Shown piece after piece: positions 15,372-22,932 of a stretch of 32,000 bases of DNA. Numbering within the stretch: the stretch's first letter is position 1; each line of letters begins with the position of its first letter. Under the pieces are notes generated by a model. It did not search any database. It saw nothing but the letters and a program-made list of their open reading frames with translations, and had not been told where the DNA came from. This DNA comes from Candidatus Saccharimonadota bacterium. GTDB lineage: Archaea; Micrarchaeota; Micrarchaeia; Micrarchaeales; Micrarchaeaceae. The translations under genes were made by a program, and so were the position numbers. The stretch lies in NCBI GenBank assembly GCA_963705375.1, contig OY970071.1, positions 1,140,001-1,172,000 on the forward strand, written 5' to 3'.

Positions 15372-16154
15372 ATGTGGTCTGCCGAAAGGCTCTGTATTAA
15401 TGCGGAACAGTGGTATGCCCTATTTCTTGAGGCACGCTCAGAAGACGGAGTAAAAGAAGCGGAGTTCATCAAAATTCAAATCAGAAAGCATATGAAAACC
15501 GCTAAGCGAGTGCTTGATGTACCGTGCGGTACGGGCAGAGTGTCTATCCCACTGGCCAAAATGGGTTTTGATGTTACAGGAATCGATATTTCAAAGAACT
15601 ATATCGCTATCGCAAACAAAAAGGCAAAAATGAACAACGTAGGAAAACGAGTAAAATTCATCCAAGGGAACATGAGAAATGTCGAAGAAATTTGCAGTCC
15701 CCTCGAAAGATTCGATGCGTGTGCAAACGTATTTACAAGCATAGGATACGGGACTAAAGAAGAAGACATCACATTCTTTAAATCACTCAGAAAAATAACG
15801 AAAAGAGGAGGTTTGTTCTTTATTCTGGCAACTCAGAATAAAAATGCATTAACTCCACAAAAACCTTACGAAGGCTTGGAGCGGGTCGGAAACATTGTGC
15901 TCATAGATGCGGCACATTTCGATAAAAAGACCTCACATCGCACATCTAATTGGCGATTTTACAAAGATAACGGCAAAACATTGAAACTACTCTATGCGCA
16001 AAAATTTGACGTTCTGCTTTATTCCGCTCAGGAAGTTGGAACTATGCTGGAAAAATCTGGCTGGAAAGTGATAAGTGTATTTAATGCCGATAAAAAGAGG
16101 CTGCCATTAACTAAATTTGACCGTAGATTTAACATAGTGGCAAAAGCAGTATAG
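15372..16154 (+). CDS. class I SAM-dependent methyltransferase
   Basis: VLDVPCGTGRVSIPLAKMGFDVTGIDIS covers motif I plus the acidic post-I residue. Downstream motifs FDACANVFTSIGY and GGLFFI are present. Confidence 0.85.
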   Translation: MWSAERLCINAEQWYALFLEARSEDGVKEAEFIKIQIRKHMKTAKRVLDVPCGTGRVSIPLAKMGFDVTGIDISKNYIAIANKKAKMNNVGKRVKFIQGNMRNVEEICSPLERFDACANVFTSIGYGTKEEDITFFKSLRKITKRGGLFFILATQNKNALTPQKPYEGLERVGNIVLIDAAHFDKKTSHRTSNWRFYKDNGKTLKLLYAQKFDVLLYSAQEVGTMLEKSGWKVISVFNADKKRLPLTKFDRRFNIVAKAV

Positions 16155-16213
16155 AGTATAGGTATGCTTAGTTATCACTGTACTGAAATTCAATCATTAA
16201 GAAATAACAAATG

Positions 16214-16271
16214 ATAACGGATCAGTGGCCCTTTCGCCAACACAATTCAAGTATGACTGCCGCCCCCGTCA
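16214..16271 (+). repeat. 58-bp att-like direct repeat, copy B
   Basis: ataacggatcagtggccctttcgccaacacaattcaagtatgactgccgcccccgtca matches copy A at 55/58. Confidence 0.8.
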
Positions 16272-16335
16272 TTACTAGACTTCTGTCGCCGAGAGACATT
16301 CCAGCAAGAAAAGGTTTGTCGTCGGAAAAAGTGTC

Positions 16336-17088
16336 GTGTTCAAACCACCACCCAAAACCTATGTAATACTGTTGATAAACTTGGTAAAAATTCTGGACTT
16401 AAATATCTGGAACTACGAAGATTTCGCAGAGCGGAAGCCAAAAATAATTAAGCTTATAAAAAAACAGAATCCAGACCTTGTAACCCTACAAGAAGTAAGG
16501 GATGATAGAAAATTTAACAAAAAGGGAAAAGATTAGGCAGAGCAATTAAACGAAAAATTACATTATCCTTATTGCATATTTTACCCTATTCAGAACCTAC
16601 AAAAGATATCGAGAACACCAGAAAAATATAAATTGGGGGCTTTTGAGGGATTGGCAGTATTGTCAAAATATCCTATTATAAAAGTAATAAAAAGAAGATT
16701 AAAAAGGCAGAAGGCGGATAGACATCCGCGTGGAATATTGCATTTAAAGATAAAAGTCAATAAGATATTCGACATAATAATTGTGCATTTCTCGAACAAT
16801 AATATATTTAGCTTGCCTCAACTGCGTGAAACGTTAGATTATGTAAAAAAGAGACAAATTGAACCGATAATTATTGGTGATTTCAATATATTAGAACCAC
16901 AACAAGTATCTAGATTAGCAAAAAGCAAGTACAAAAGTTCCTATACCCATAAACGATACATTTCCTATCCGAGCAAAAAAGAAGTTTTGGATTATATACT
17001 GATTTCTAAAAATCTCAAATTTGAATCTTTTAAGTGTCTAAAAGAAAATGTTTCAGATCACAAAGCATTAATCGCATCTATAATATAA
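16336..17088 (+). pseudogene. endonuclease/exonuclease/phosphatase (EEP) family gene interrupted by one in-frame TAG
   Basis: ORFs 16336..16536 and 16633..17088 are in the same frame and separated only by TAG at 16534-16536. The read-through translation is continuous and EEP-like: KILDLNIWNY...PDLVTLQEV...GKD*AEQLNEKL...FEGLAVLSKYPI...IIGDFN...VSDHKAL. The likely original start is TTG 16381. The segment is visibly more AT-rich than its flanks. Confidence 0.8.
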
Positions 17089-17110
17089 ATGTAAATCTTG
17101 TCGTGAAGAC

Positions 17111-17128
17111 CAAATCTCTCCCCCGTCA
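17111..17128 (+). repeat. 18-bp copy of the tRNA-Met 3' end (putative distal att site)
   Basis: caaatctctcccccgtca matches tRNA-Met 13414-13431 caaatctcgcccccgtca at 17/18. Confidence 0.7.
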
Positions 17129-17362
17129 AAATCGGACTACAAGTAAAACACGTTCAGCTCATCCACGCAAAGAAGCAGATACGATCCTAAGTGCAGTTCC
17201 AGCATTGCTTACATAGACAAGGCAAAGTTCTTGCGGCGATATCGCGCTGCGTCTATCCTTGGGCACGCGCCTTGCCGGCAGGCTTGAGCCACTACTACTT
17301 TAAACAGCATAAAACCAAGACCTGTCGTACAAAAGCTGACCAACAATGCTGCGGCTGCCGAA

Positions 17363-18172
17363 ATGCCTGATGTTATGAAGAAGCTTGAAGAGCTTATGCA
17401 GAACCGTACCGACTTACAAGGCCTAGAAGCCAATGGCTTCGAGGAAGTCGAGTATTTGCTAGCGGATGGTTATGTCCGCCAGATGACGGGGAAAAGTGCG
17501 CGAGATACGAGCAAGGCCAAAGCAGCAGAGAGTTTCTTCAAACCTAAGAAAAAAGACCTTATTGCACTGGCAGACCTTCTCGCAGAAAACGACTGCTATT
17601 CTGTCTTGGATGTCGGGTGCGGTTCGGGCAGGTTCCTTTTATCCTTGTGCGAGCACATAACGCACCAAGTAAGATCTAAATTCAGCAGGCTGGTGCAATT
17701 CAAAGGCATAGACACCGGGTTCTGGGACTGCCCATTACCTACAAGCTGCTTTCCGAACTGCAAATTCGAGTTAAACGGCGTAGAAGCGATGGCCATGGCC
17801 GCAGACATGCCTAAAACAAAGGCAGTTGATGATGGCGGTAAGTGGAAAAAGGGCAGAAAAGCGATGCATGATAAGACGTTTGATGCAGTCTTTTGCATCT
17901 GGATGCCCCAAAATTCAGACTGGAGAGAGTATCTCTGCAAGCTGTCTAACAAGCTCGTCATACTGGTCCTCTCGCAAGATTTCAACACCGGAACAGTTGA
18001 TACATATTCGGGCTGCAAAGAGTTTGGTTTAGAGCTAATAAAGTCGTGGGACAGCAAAGGAAGCACAATACAAGTTCATAAACGGAAGGTTAGGCGTAGT
18101 GAACGGGTTCTCAGTGCTCGCAAGGAAAAATATAGGATACTATCTATCCAATCACATGCTGTGATCGAATGA
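17363..18172 (+). CDS. putative SAM-dependent methyltransferase-fold protein (269 aa)
   Basis: YSVLDVGCGSGRFLLSL is a SAM motif I. The remainder is not recognisable. It has a 4-nt overlap with the downstream membrane gene. Confidence 0.65.
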   Translation: MPDVMKKLEELMQNRTDLQGLEANGFEEVEYLLADGYVRQMTGKSARDTSKAKAAESFFKPKKKDLIALADLLAENDCYSVLDVGCGSGRFLLSLCEHITHQVRSKFSRLVQFKGIDTGFWDCPLPTSCFPNCKFELNGVEAMAMAADMPKTKAVDDGGKWKKGRKAMHDKTFDAVFCIWMPQNSDWREYLCKLSNKLVILVLSQDFNTGTVDTYSGCKEFGLELIKSWDSKGSTIQVHKRKVRRSERVLSARKEKYRILSIQSHAVIE

Positions 18173-18537
18173 ACTGGCTTGTGCTTGCGCTTCTTGCGAT
18201 GTGCCTGTTTTCGGTATCGGACGTGTTGCTGAAAGTTATGGTCACAGACTTATCTACCCCGAAGCTAGGTCTCGTTTCGATATCATCCGCAATCAGCAAG
18301 ATTAACCTAAAGGTGGCCTCAATTGCCGTTCTGGCTGTTGTTTTGGTCATCATCGGAGTGTATTTCATGCTTCTGTCACTGCAGACTGGCGAGGTGGCGC
18401 TGGTGACTGCGGTATTGAGTATGAGCACGGTGGTGGTTGCAGGTCTGGCAATGATATTTCTGGGGGACAGGTTCTCCTTCAAGGAATTACTAGCCATGGC
18501 GCTGGTAATTGCCGGCATACTGCTGCTCATGGTCTGA
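18169..18537 (+). CDS. half-size EamA/SMR-like 4-TM membrane protein (122 aa)
   Basis: There are four hydrophobic helices, and the C-terminal GLAMIFLGDRFSFKELLAMALVIAGILLL is an EamA-type pattern. Confidence 0.7.
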   Translation: MNWLVLALLAMCLFSVSDVLLKVMVTDLSTPKLGLVSISSAISKINLKVASIAVLAVVLVIIGVYFMLLSLQTGEVALVTAVLSMSTVVVAGLAMIFLGDRFSFKELLAMALVIAGILLLMV

Positions 18538-18581
18538 TGACCCTGGCCTTGCTCGAAGCGTGATGGCCAAGTTCTTTTCTA

Positions 18582-18785
18582 TCACGTATCTCTCGGATTC
18601 ACTGGAATGATGATCCACGCAATAAGATAAACCAAGATGCCAACTCCTGAAATCCCGAACAGTATCCACAACAGTCTGATGAATATCGGATCGATATTGA
18701 GATACTCGCCTATTCCGTCACAAACTCCTCCAAGGATTTTATTTTTTCCTGATCTGTATAGCCTCTTTGCATTTTCGTTAGGCAT
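18582..18785 (-). CDS. PspC-domain membrane protein (67 aa)
   Basis: LYRSGKNKILGGVCDGIGEYLNIDPIFIRLLWIL..GVGILVYLIAWIIIP matches the PspC domain signature. Confidence 0.85.
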   Translation of the reverse strand: MPNENAKRLYRSGKNKILGGVCDGIGEYLNIDPIFIRLLWILFGISGVGILVYLIAWIIIPVNPRDT

Positions 18786-18852
18786 TATGTCGCTTGGGCT
18801 TATCTAGCATGCCAAGGTATGGGAATTTGTTTTGGATGTGAAAACGGGGTCA

Positions 18853-18908
18853 ATCCGTGGCTTATCATCAATAAACCACGAACAATAAACGAAACATCCG
18901 TGGCTTAT
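18853..18908. promoter_or_regulatory. pair of 13-bp direct repeats (atccgtggcttat) in a divergent promoter region
   Basis: Exact copies lie at 18853-18865 and 18896-18908. The second abuts the tttatatg TATA-like box upstream of the 18949 gene. A partial inverted copy, aaccacg, lies at 18875-18881. Confidence 0.45.
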
Positions 18909-18948
18909 TTATATGTTTAACTCGTTTGTTATTGCGTGGGTTATATAA

Positions 18949-19749
18949 ATGGCGAAAAAATCAACGAAAACAAAAGCCGATACAAAACCGCTGTATCTGC
19001 CGATCGCAATAGTTTCACTAGCCCTTGCACTTGTATTTCTTGGATTTGTAATACTATGCGCCCTGCCGCAACACCTCTCTTATGTAACCGTATCTGCTAG
19101 CGGAACGGCCTCCGCAACAGCAAAGGAGGCTTTAATGTACATCGCACTAAATGGTACAGGAAATACGACCGCTTCAGCAGCCGCCAACCTGAGCCTGACT
19201 CTGCAAGAGTTTAATACCACTATACTGCCTTTAATCAATAGAAATCTTACATTAATCCAGACTACCTATTATGGCATCAATAAACCTTATCAAACAGGGT
19301 GCTACTTCCTACCCGTAGGGGCCGGAACCGCAATCCCAAACTATTGTATCAACTCTAATGTTACAGGATTTAACGGATATGTCGCAACTGAAGATATACT
19401 GGTAACCTTACCAAACAGCAATAACGTAAGTGCGGCAATAACTGCTTTGTCTAGAATACCCTGCCTAACATTCCAGAGCATTCAAGCAACGCTCTCTGAT
19501 GCGGAAACCGCAATGCTTAATCAGCAAGCGCTATCTCTTGCTATAGCAAATGCAACTGCGCAGGCAAGAACTCTGACTGGCAATGACACGCAGCTTAAAA
19601 TCGAAAATATTACGGTACAGAATCAGTATATCTATCCGTATCCATATGCTGTCAGTGGCGCTTCAACTAGTACAAACGGCAGCTCCGCATTCTATCCTGG
19701 CCAGATAAAGATATCAAAAAGCGTCACTGTCGTATTTTCCAAGAACTGA
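18949..19749 (+). CDS. membrane-anchored secreted protein, SIMPL/DUF541-like, rich in N-glycosylation sequons
   Basis: It has a basic N-terminus plus one TM (LYLPIAIVSLALALVFLGFVILCAL). The A/T/S/N-rich ectodomain has an ALSLAIANATAQARTLTG-type helix as in SIMPL proteins. I count 11 N-x-S/T sequons. Confidence 0.55.
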   Translation: MAKKSTKTKADTKPLYLPIAIVSLALALVFLGFVILCALPQHLSYVTVSASGTASATAKEALMYIALNGTGNTTASAAANLSLTLQEFNTTILPLINRNLTLIQTTYYGINKPYQTGCYFLPVGAGTAIPNYCINSNVTGFNGYVATEDILVTLPNSNNVSAAITALSRIPCLTFQSIQATLSDAETAMLNQQALSLAIANATAQARTLTGNDTQLKIENITVQNQYIYPYPYAVSGASTSTNGSSAFYPGQIKISKSVTVVFSKN

Positions 19750-20043
19750 GTAACCGGACATATAACCTGGCTTGAAGCGTCTCAGTTCTTACGTCTTAGA
19801 ACCTTATGAGGCATGCCCTTACTATGCGCCCTAAGAGGTGGCCCGTATTTTTTGTAAATGAGGTATCATGGGCTTCTAAGTTTCATTTTTGACTCTGGAG
19901 GGCTATGTGTAAATAACTAGAAACAAGGGCAAGGTTATATGCCAACAATTAGGATGGCGAGACAAAAGACAGCAAGCACACCAGAATATTATCCCTTTCT
20001 CTAAAGGCTGCGCACTTACAAAATCTGCTTCAACAATTGAAGT

Positions 20044-20400
20044 TCACATGATCAAGAGCTTCAGGCCCTCTACTTCTTCAAAGTCTTTATCCCGCGTCAC
20101 TAGCAGCTCGTCGTGAGCTATTGCTATGGCTGCTATAAGGATGTCAAGCTCGTTTATCATACGCCCTTTCTTTTTCAACTCCTTGAATATTTTTGCAGAC
20201 CTTCCGGCAGAAACGCTGTCAAAAGCGTACACATTCATGATGTCCAAACTCCCAAGCGCTTCGTTACTTTTTGGAGCTTTTAAAAGTTCATACTCTGTTA
20301 TCGTCGTAGTTGCGATTTGCTCTCCTATTATCTCCAATTTCTCTTGTACGGCTGTGTTGTTGCCTAGCACTTCTATCAGAATACTAGTGTCCAATATCAT
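20044..20400 (-). CDS. vapC: PIN-domain ribonuclease toxin (VapC-like)
   Basis: MILDTSILIE is an N-terminal acidic PIN motif. ...ELDILIAAIAIAHDELLVTRDKDFE carries the C-terminal PIN acidic residues. It has a 4-nt overlap with the upstream antitoxin. Confidence 0.85.
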   Translation of the reverse strand: MILDTSILIEVLGNNTAVQEKLEIIGEQIATTTITEYELLKAPKSNEALGSLDIMNVYAFDSVSAGRSAKIFKELKKKGRMINELDILIAAIAIAHDELLVTRDKDFEEVEGLKLLIM

Positions 20401-20627
20401 GCAAAATACCTGTGTTTGCTGCTTTTTCTGGCTGCCGTTATCTCCTTCGAGAAGGCTTTGGCATCCTCCTTGCTCCAGACTCCCATAAATTTCCTGAGCT
20501 CCTTAACGTCTCCTTTGGTGCCTGCTCGCACTATGAGCTCCTTTATCTCCTCAGAGAACGACTTGTTCTTCTTCATCCGCTTCAGCGTCGAATAGACCTC
20601 ATTGGTAAGGGAAACTATTTTTGTCAT
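20397..20627 (-). CDS. vapB: VapB-like antitoxin (76 aa from ATG 20627)
   Basis: MTKIVSLTNEVYSTLKRMKKNKSFSEEIKELI resembles the archaeal small antitoxin pattern paired with PIN toxins. An atatata-rich promoter lies immediately upstream. The longer track ORF (to 20699) adds an implausible N-terminus. Confidence 0.7.
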   Translation of the reverse strand: MTKIVSLTNEVYSTLKRMKKNKSFSEEIKELIVRAGTKGDVKELRKFMGVWSKEDAKAFSKEITAARKSSKHRYFA

Positions 20628-20785
20628 GATATATGTATATGTATGCATATATAAAAGGCTTATTGGTATACCTAAATCGTCTAACATGAACCAGCACACG
20701 TTCTATTTCTATATTGATATGCCATGTATGAAAATGTTTAAATAACTATACATTCATATACTTAAGTACAAGTATAGGTAGTTGA

Positions 20786-21157
20786 ATGGATAGCCCAATC
20801 TTCGAAGCGCATCGGTTGCTGACGCTTGCAAGGTACATAACGGTGCCTCTCTTTATTCTTATGTTGTTCTCAAAGAGCACATATGCGGCGTCGCAGCTTG
20901 TTACGGAACTTGACAACATAAAGCTTATACTCGTCCAGGTGGGGCCTGCGCTCAGCGCGGTGCTGTTCGTGCTTGCTGGCATCTTCTATGCGATAGGCCA
21001 GATGCTGCCCCCTGATAAGAAGGCCAACTTCCACACGGCCGCGATAAACATAATAATAGGTGCAATCGTGGTCGGCGCTTTGAGTGTTGCGTCTACCTCG
21101 CTGGCCATCGCATCCACCCAGCTTTTGAGCAACTTCACAGTTACGAACTCTGTCTGA
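20786..21157 (+). CDS. VirB2/TrbC-like (CedA1/TedC-like) pilin candidate: signal peptide plus two hydrophobic helices
   Basis: The 123-aa protein has an N-terminal signal-like segment ending KSTYA-AS. Helix 1 is LILVQVGPALSAVLFVLAGIFYAIG, followed by a short polar loop QMLPPDKKANFH and helix 2 AINIIIGAIVVGALSVASTSLAIA. It is the first gene of the ATPase-containing cluster. The function is inferred from topology and context only. Confidence 0.55.
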   Translation: MDSPIFEAHRLLTLARYITVPLFILMLFSKSTYAASQLVTELDNIKLILVQVGPALSAVLFVLAGIFYAIGQMLPPDKKANFHTAAINIIIGAIVVGALSVASTSLAIASTQLLSNFTVTNSV

Positions 21158-21158
21158 G

Positions 21159-22196
21159 GTGAATGTGGTGCTTGCAGATATCGGCGCTTACAATATTGCG
21201 ATAGACCTTGTCGCAATAATGCTTGCCATATCTGGCATCGTCTTGGGCATCGGCTTTGCCGCAGACGACAAGAGGTTGAAAGAGTTCGGAAGGTCCGAGC
21301 TGCAGCAGGCTTTGATAAACGGTGCAATTGTGGGAATGCTGATCTCTGGATTTAGCAGCAATGGACTGATTGCTTTGCTCATCAACAACATTACTTCTAG
21401 TATGCAACTGACGGCAACATGCCAAAGCTTCATGAGTAGCAATTATGCTCTGTGCTTTGCGTACAACTACCTTGTTGGGACCAGTCCGGTGAGCATAAAT
21501 GGCATCGCATATCTTCCGCTTATAGAAACCGCTTTCGGCACACTTGCGGGTACCGTCTCGGTATATGTGGGTCTTGGTCTCATAGGTGCGGTTAAGCTCG
21601 GCAGCGGGCTTGTCGGCGTAAGCCTTGCAGGCATGATGGATCCTATATTGAATCAGCTTGGATATGTGATCGGGGCTCTCGGAGCATCGATAATAAGCAT
21701 CGAGGCCCAGGGAATTCTGCTCAAATTCATCTCTCTTACCGCGGTGCAGATACTGCTTCCTGTAGGAATAATACTTCGCATCACGTACATCACAAGAAGG
21801 ATAGGTGGCGCAATCATGGCTATCGCAATCGGACTATTTGCCGTGCTGCCACTGACATACGTATTAAACGCCGAGCTTGTCGCTGGCTATGCCGGAGCTC
21901 TCAATGATACTGCGGTAAGCACATTTGAACTCAATACGAGCAGGATCGCAAACGGAATGATGGGCAGCACGGCGAATCTCAATACGACCAATGGTGCAAG
22001 CATCTCTTCCATTTTCAGCGGTGCGATGGCTTCGCTTGAGAACATAGCCAAACAACTGCTGAACATCATTGCACAGATAGTCATACAGGTGTTCTTTCTG
22101 CCCGTGTTCGGGCTGATACTCACCGCAATCTCGATAAGGGAACTTGCGAGGGTTCTGGGCTCTGAGGTGAGCTTCGGAAGGTTCTACATGCTGTGA
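21159..22196 (+). CDS. polytopic membrane protein (about 7-8 TM), VirB6/TrbL/CedA-like by position and topology
   Basis: The 345-aa protein has many G/A/I/L-rich helices and a polar N/T/S-rich loop (residues around 235-285). It starts 1 nt after the pilin-like gene. I see no diagnostic motif. Confidence 0.5.
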   Translation: MNVVLADIGAYNIAIDLVAIMLAISGIVLGIGFAADDKRLKEFGRSELQQALINGAIVGMLISGFSSNGLIALLINNITSSMQLTATCQSFMSSNYALCFAYNYLVGTSPVSINGIAYLPLIETAFGTLAGTVSVYVGLGLIGAVKLGSGLVGVSLAGMMDPILNQLGYVIGALGASIISIEAQGILLKFISLTAVQILLPVGIILRITYITRRIGGAIMAIAIGLFAVLPLTYVLNAELVAGYAGALNDTAVSTFELNTSRIANGMMGSTANLNTTNGASISSIFSGAMASLENIAKQLLNIIAQIVIQVFFLPVFGLILTAISIRELARVLGSEVSFGRFYML

Positions 22197-22200
22197 TCAT

Positions 22201-22932
22201 ATGGAGGACTGGACGTTCGTAACGCTGCTTGTGCTCGAAGTAATGGTCACAATCGCAAGCATTGCTACGCTGAATAGGCTGCTCATAGCGGCAAGCCTGA
22301 CTGCAATACTTGCAACAGCGCTGCTTTACAGGCTCTGGTATGTCATAGAAGCGATCATGTTCAAGCACACGCACTTAGTGGAGCTGTTCAACGGGTACGA
22401 GCTGAGCGGTGCAAGAGAAACGGCGGTACGTAAGCGCAACGGCGCATTCAGTGCGACAGCGGCAGCCTTGCTCACCACAAACGCAAAGCGCGGCATGGAA
22501 CTTGAGCGGCTTGAGAGCATCATACAGCAGACTAGAGCACCTTTCAAGTTCGTGCTTCAAGCAGAACGGCTGAGTGCAAAGAGGCTTCTCGATGCAATGC
22601 AGACCAAGGTGAGCATGAAGCGCCTGGAGATGTCAAAGCTCAGCACTTCCTCTGAGAAGAAGCACATCGCGAAGCTCGATGCTCTGAAAAGGGAGATAAC
22701 GGAACTTGAGAAAGAGATAGAAACCGTAAGTGCGAGCGCACCTATGAGGCTCCGTCATTACATAATGACAAGTGCGCTTTCGGAAAACAAATTCACAGCA
22801 TCGGAGCTAGCGCTTTCGCAGCTAAATGAGCTTTCAAGCAAGTTGGGTGCCTTTCTTGGTGCAGAACCCGCGCTTCTTTCAGGTACTGAACTCATCACAG
22901 TCTTAGAACTCGACTCGACGCTGGTAGAATGA
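22201..22932 (+). CDS. membrane-anchored coiled-coil protein (2 N-terminal TM), possible VirB3 / VirB4 N-terminal-domain equivalent
   Basis: The N-terminus FVTLLVLEVMVTIASIATL...AASLTAILATALLYRLWYVI forms two TMs. A K/E/L-rich coiled coil follows (KLDALKREITELEKEIE). It has a 4-nt ATGA overlap with the downstream VirB4-like ATPase. Confidence 0.55.
   Translation: MEDWTFVTLLVLEVMVTIASIATLNRLLIAASLTAILATALLYRLWYVIEAIMFKHTHLVELFNGYELSGARETAVRKRNGAFSATAAALLTTNAKRGMELERLESIIQQTRAPFKFVLQAERLSAKRLLDAMQTKVSMKRLEMSKLSTSSEKKHIAKLDALKREITELEKEIETVSASAPMRLRHYIMTSALSENKFTASELALSQLNELSSKLGAFLGAEPALLSGTELITVLELDSTLVE

Noticed and set aside
16534-16536. In-frame TAG in the EEP gene as a possible pyrrolysine or recoding site
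   Set aside because: TAG clearly terminates other genes in this window (for example 10491-10493, 16152-16154, 24024-26 and 28378-80). No pyl genes are visible. A simple CAG-to-TAG nonsense mutation in decaying cargo is the more economical explanation.
13414-17128. Regularly spaced repeats as a CRISPR array
   Set aside because: The spacing is about 900 bp, not 25-50 bp. The intervals contain full genes, and the repeats differ in length (18-58 bp). There are no cas genes.
17596-18530. - strand ORFs 17596..18066 and 18144..18530
   Set aside because: They are antisense to the methyltransferase-fold gene and the EamA-like membrane gene, and their composition is S/T/P-rich and artefactual.
20986-22560. 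Several - strand ORFs (20986..21327, 21141..21425, 21188..21442, 21864..22123, 22120..22374, 22326..22560)
   Set aside because: All are short and antisense to the contiguous + strand cluster genes. None has supporting start context.
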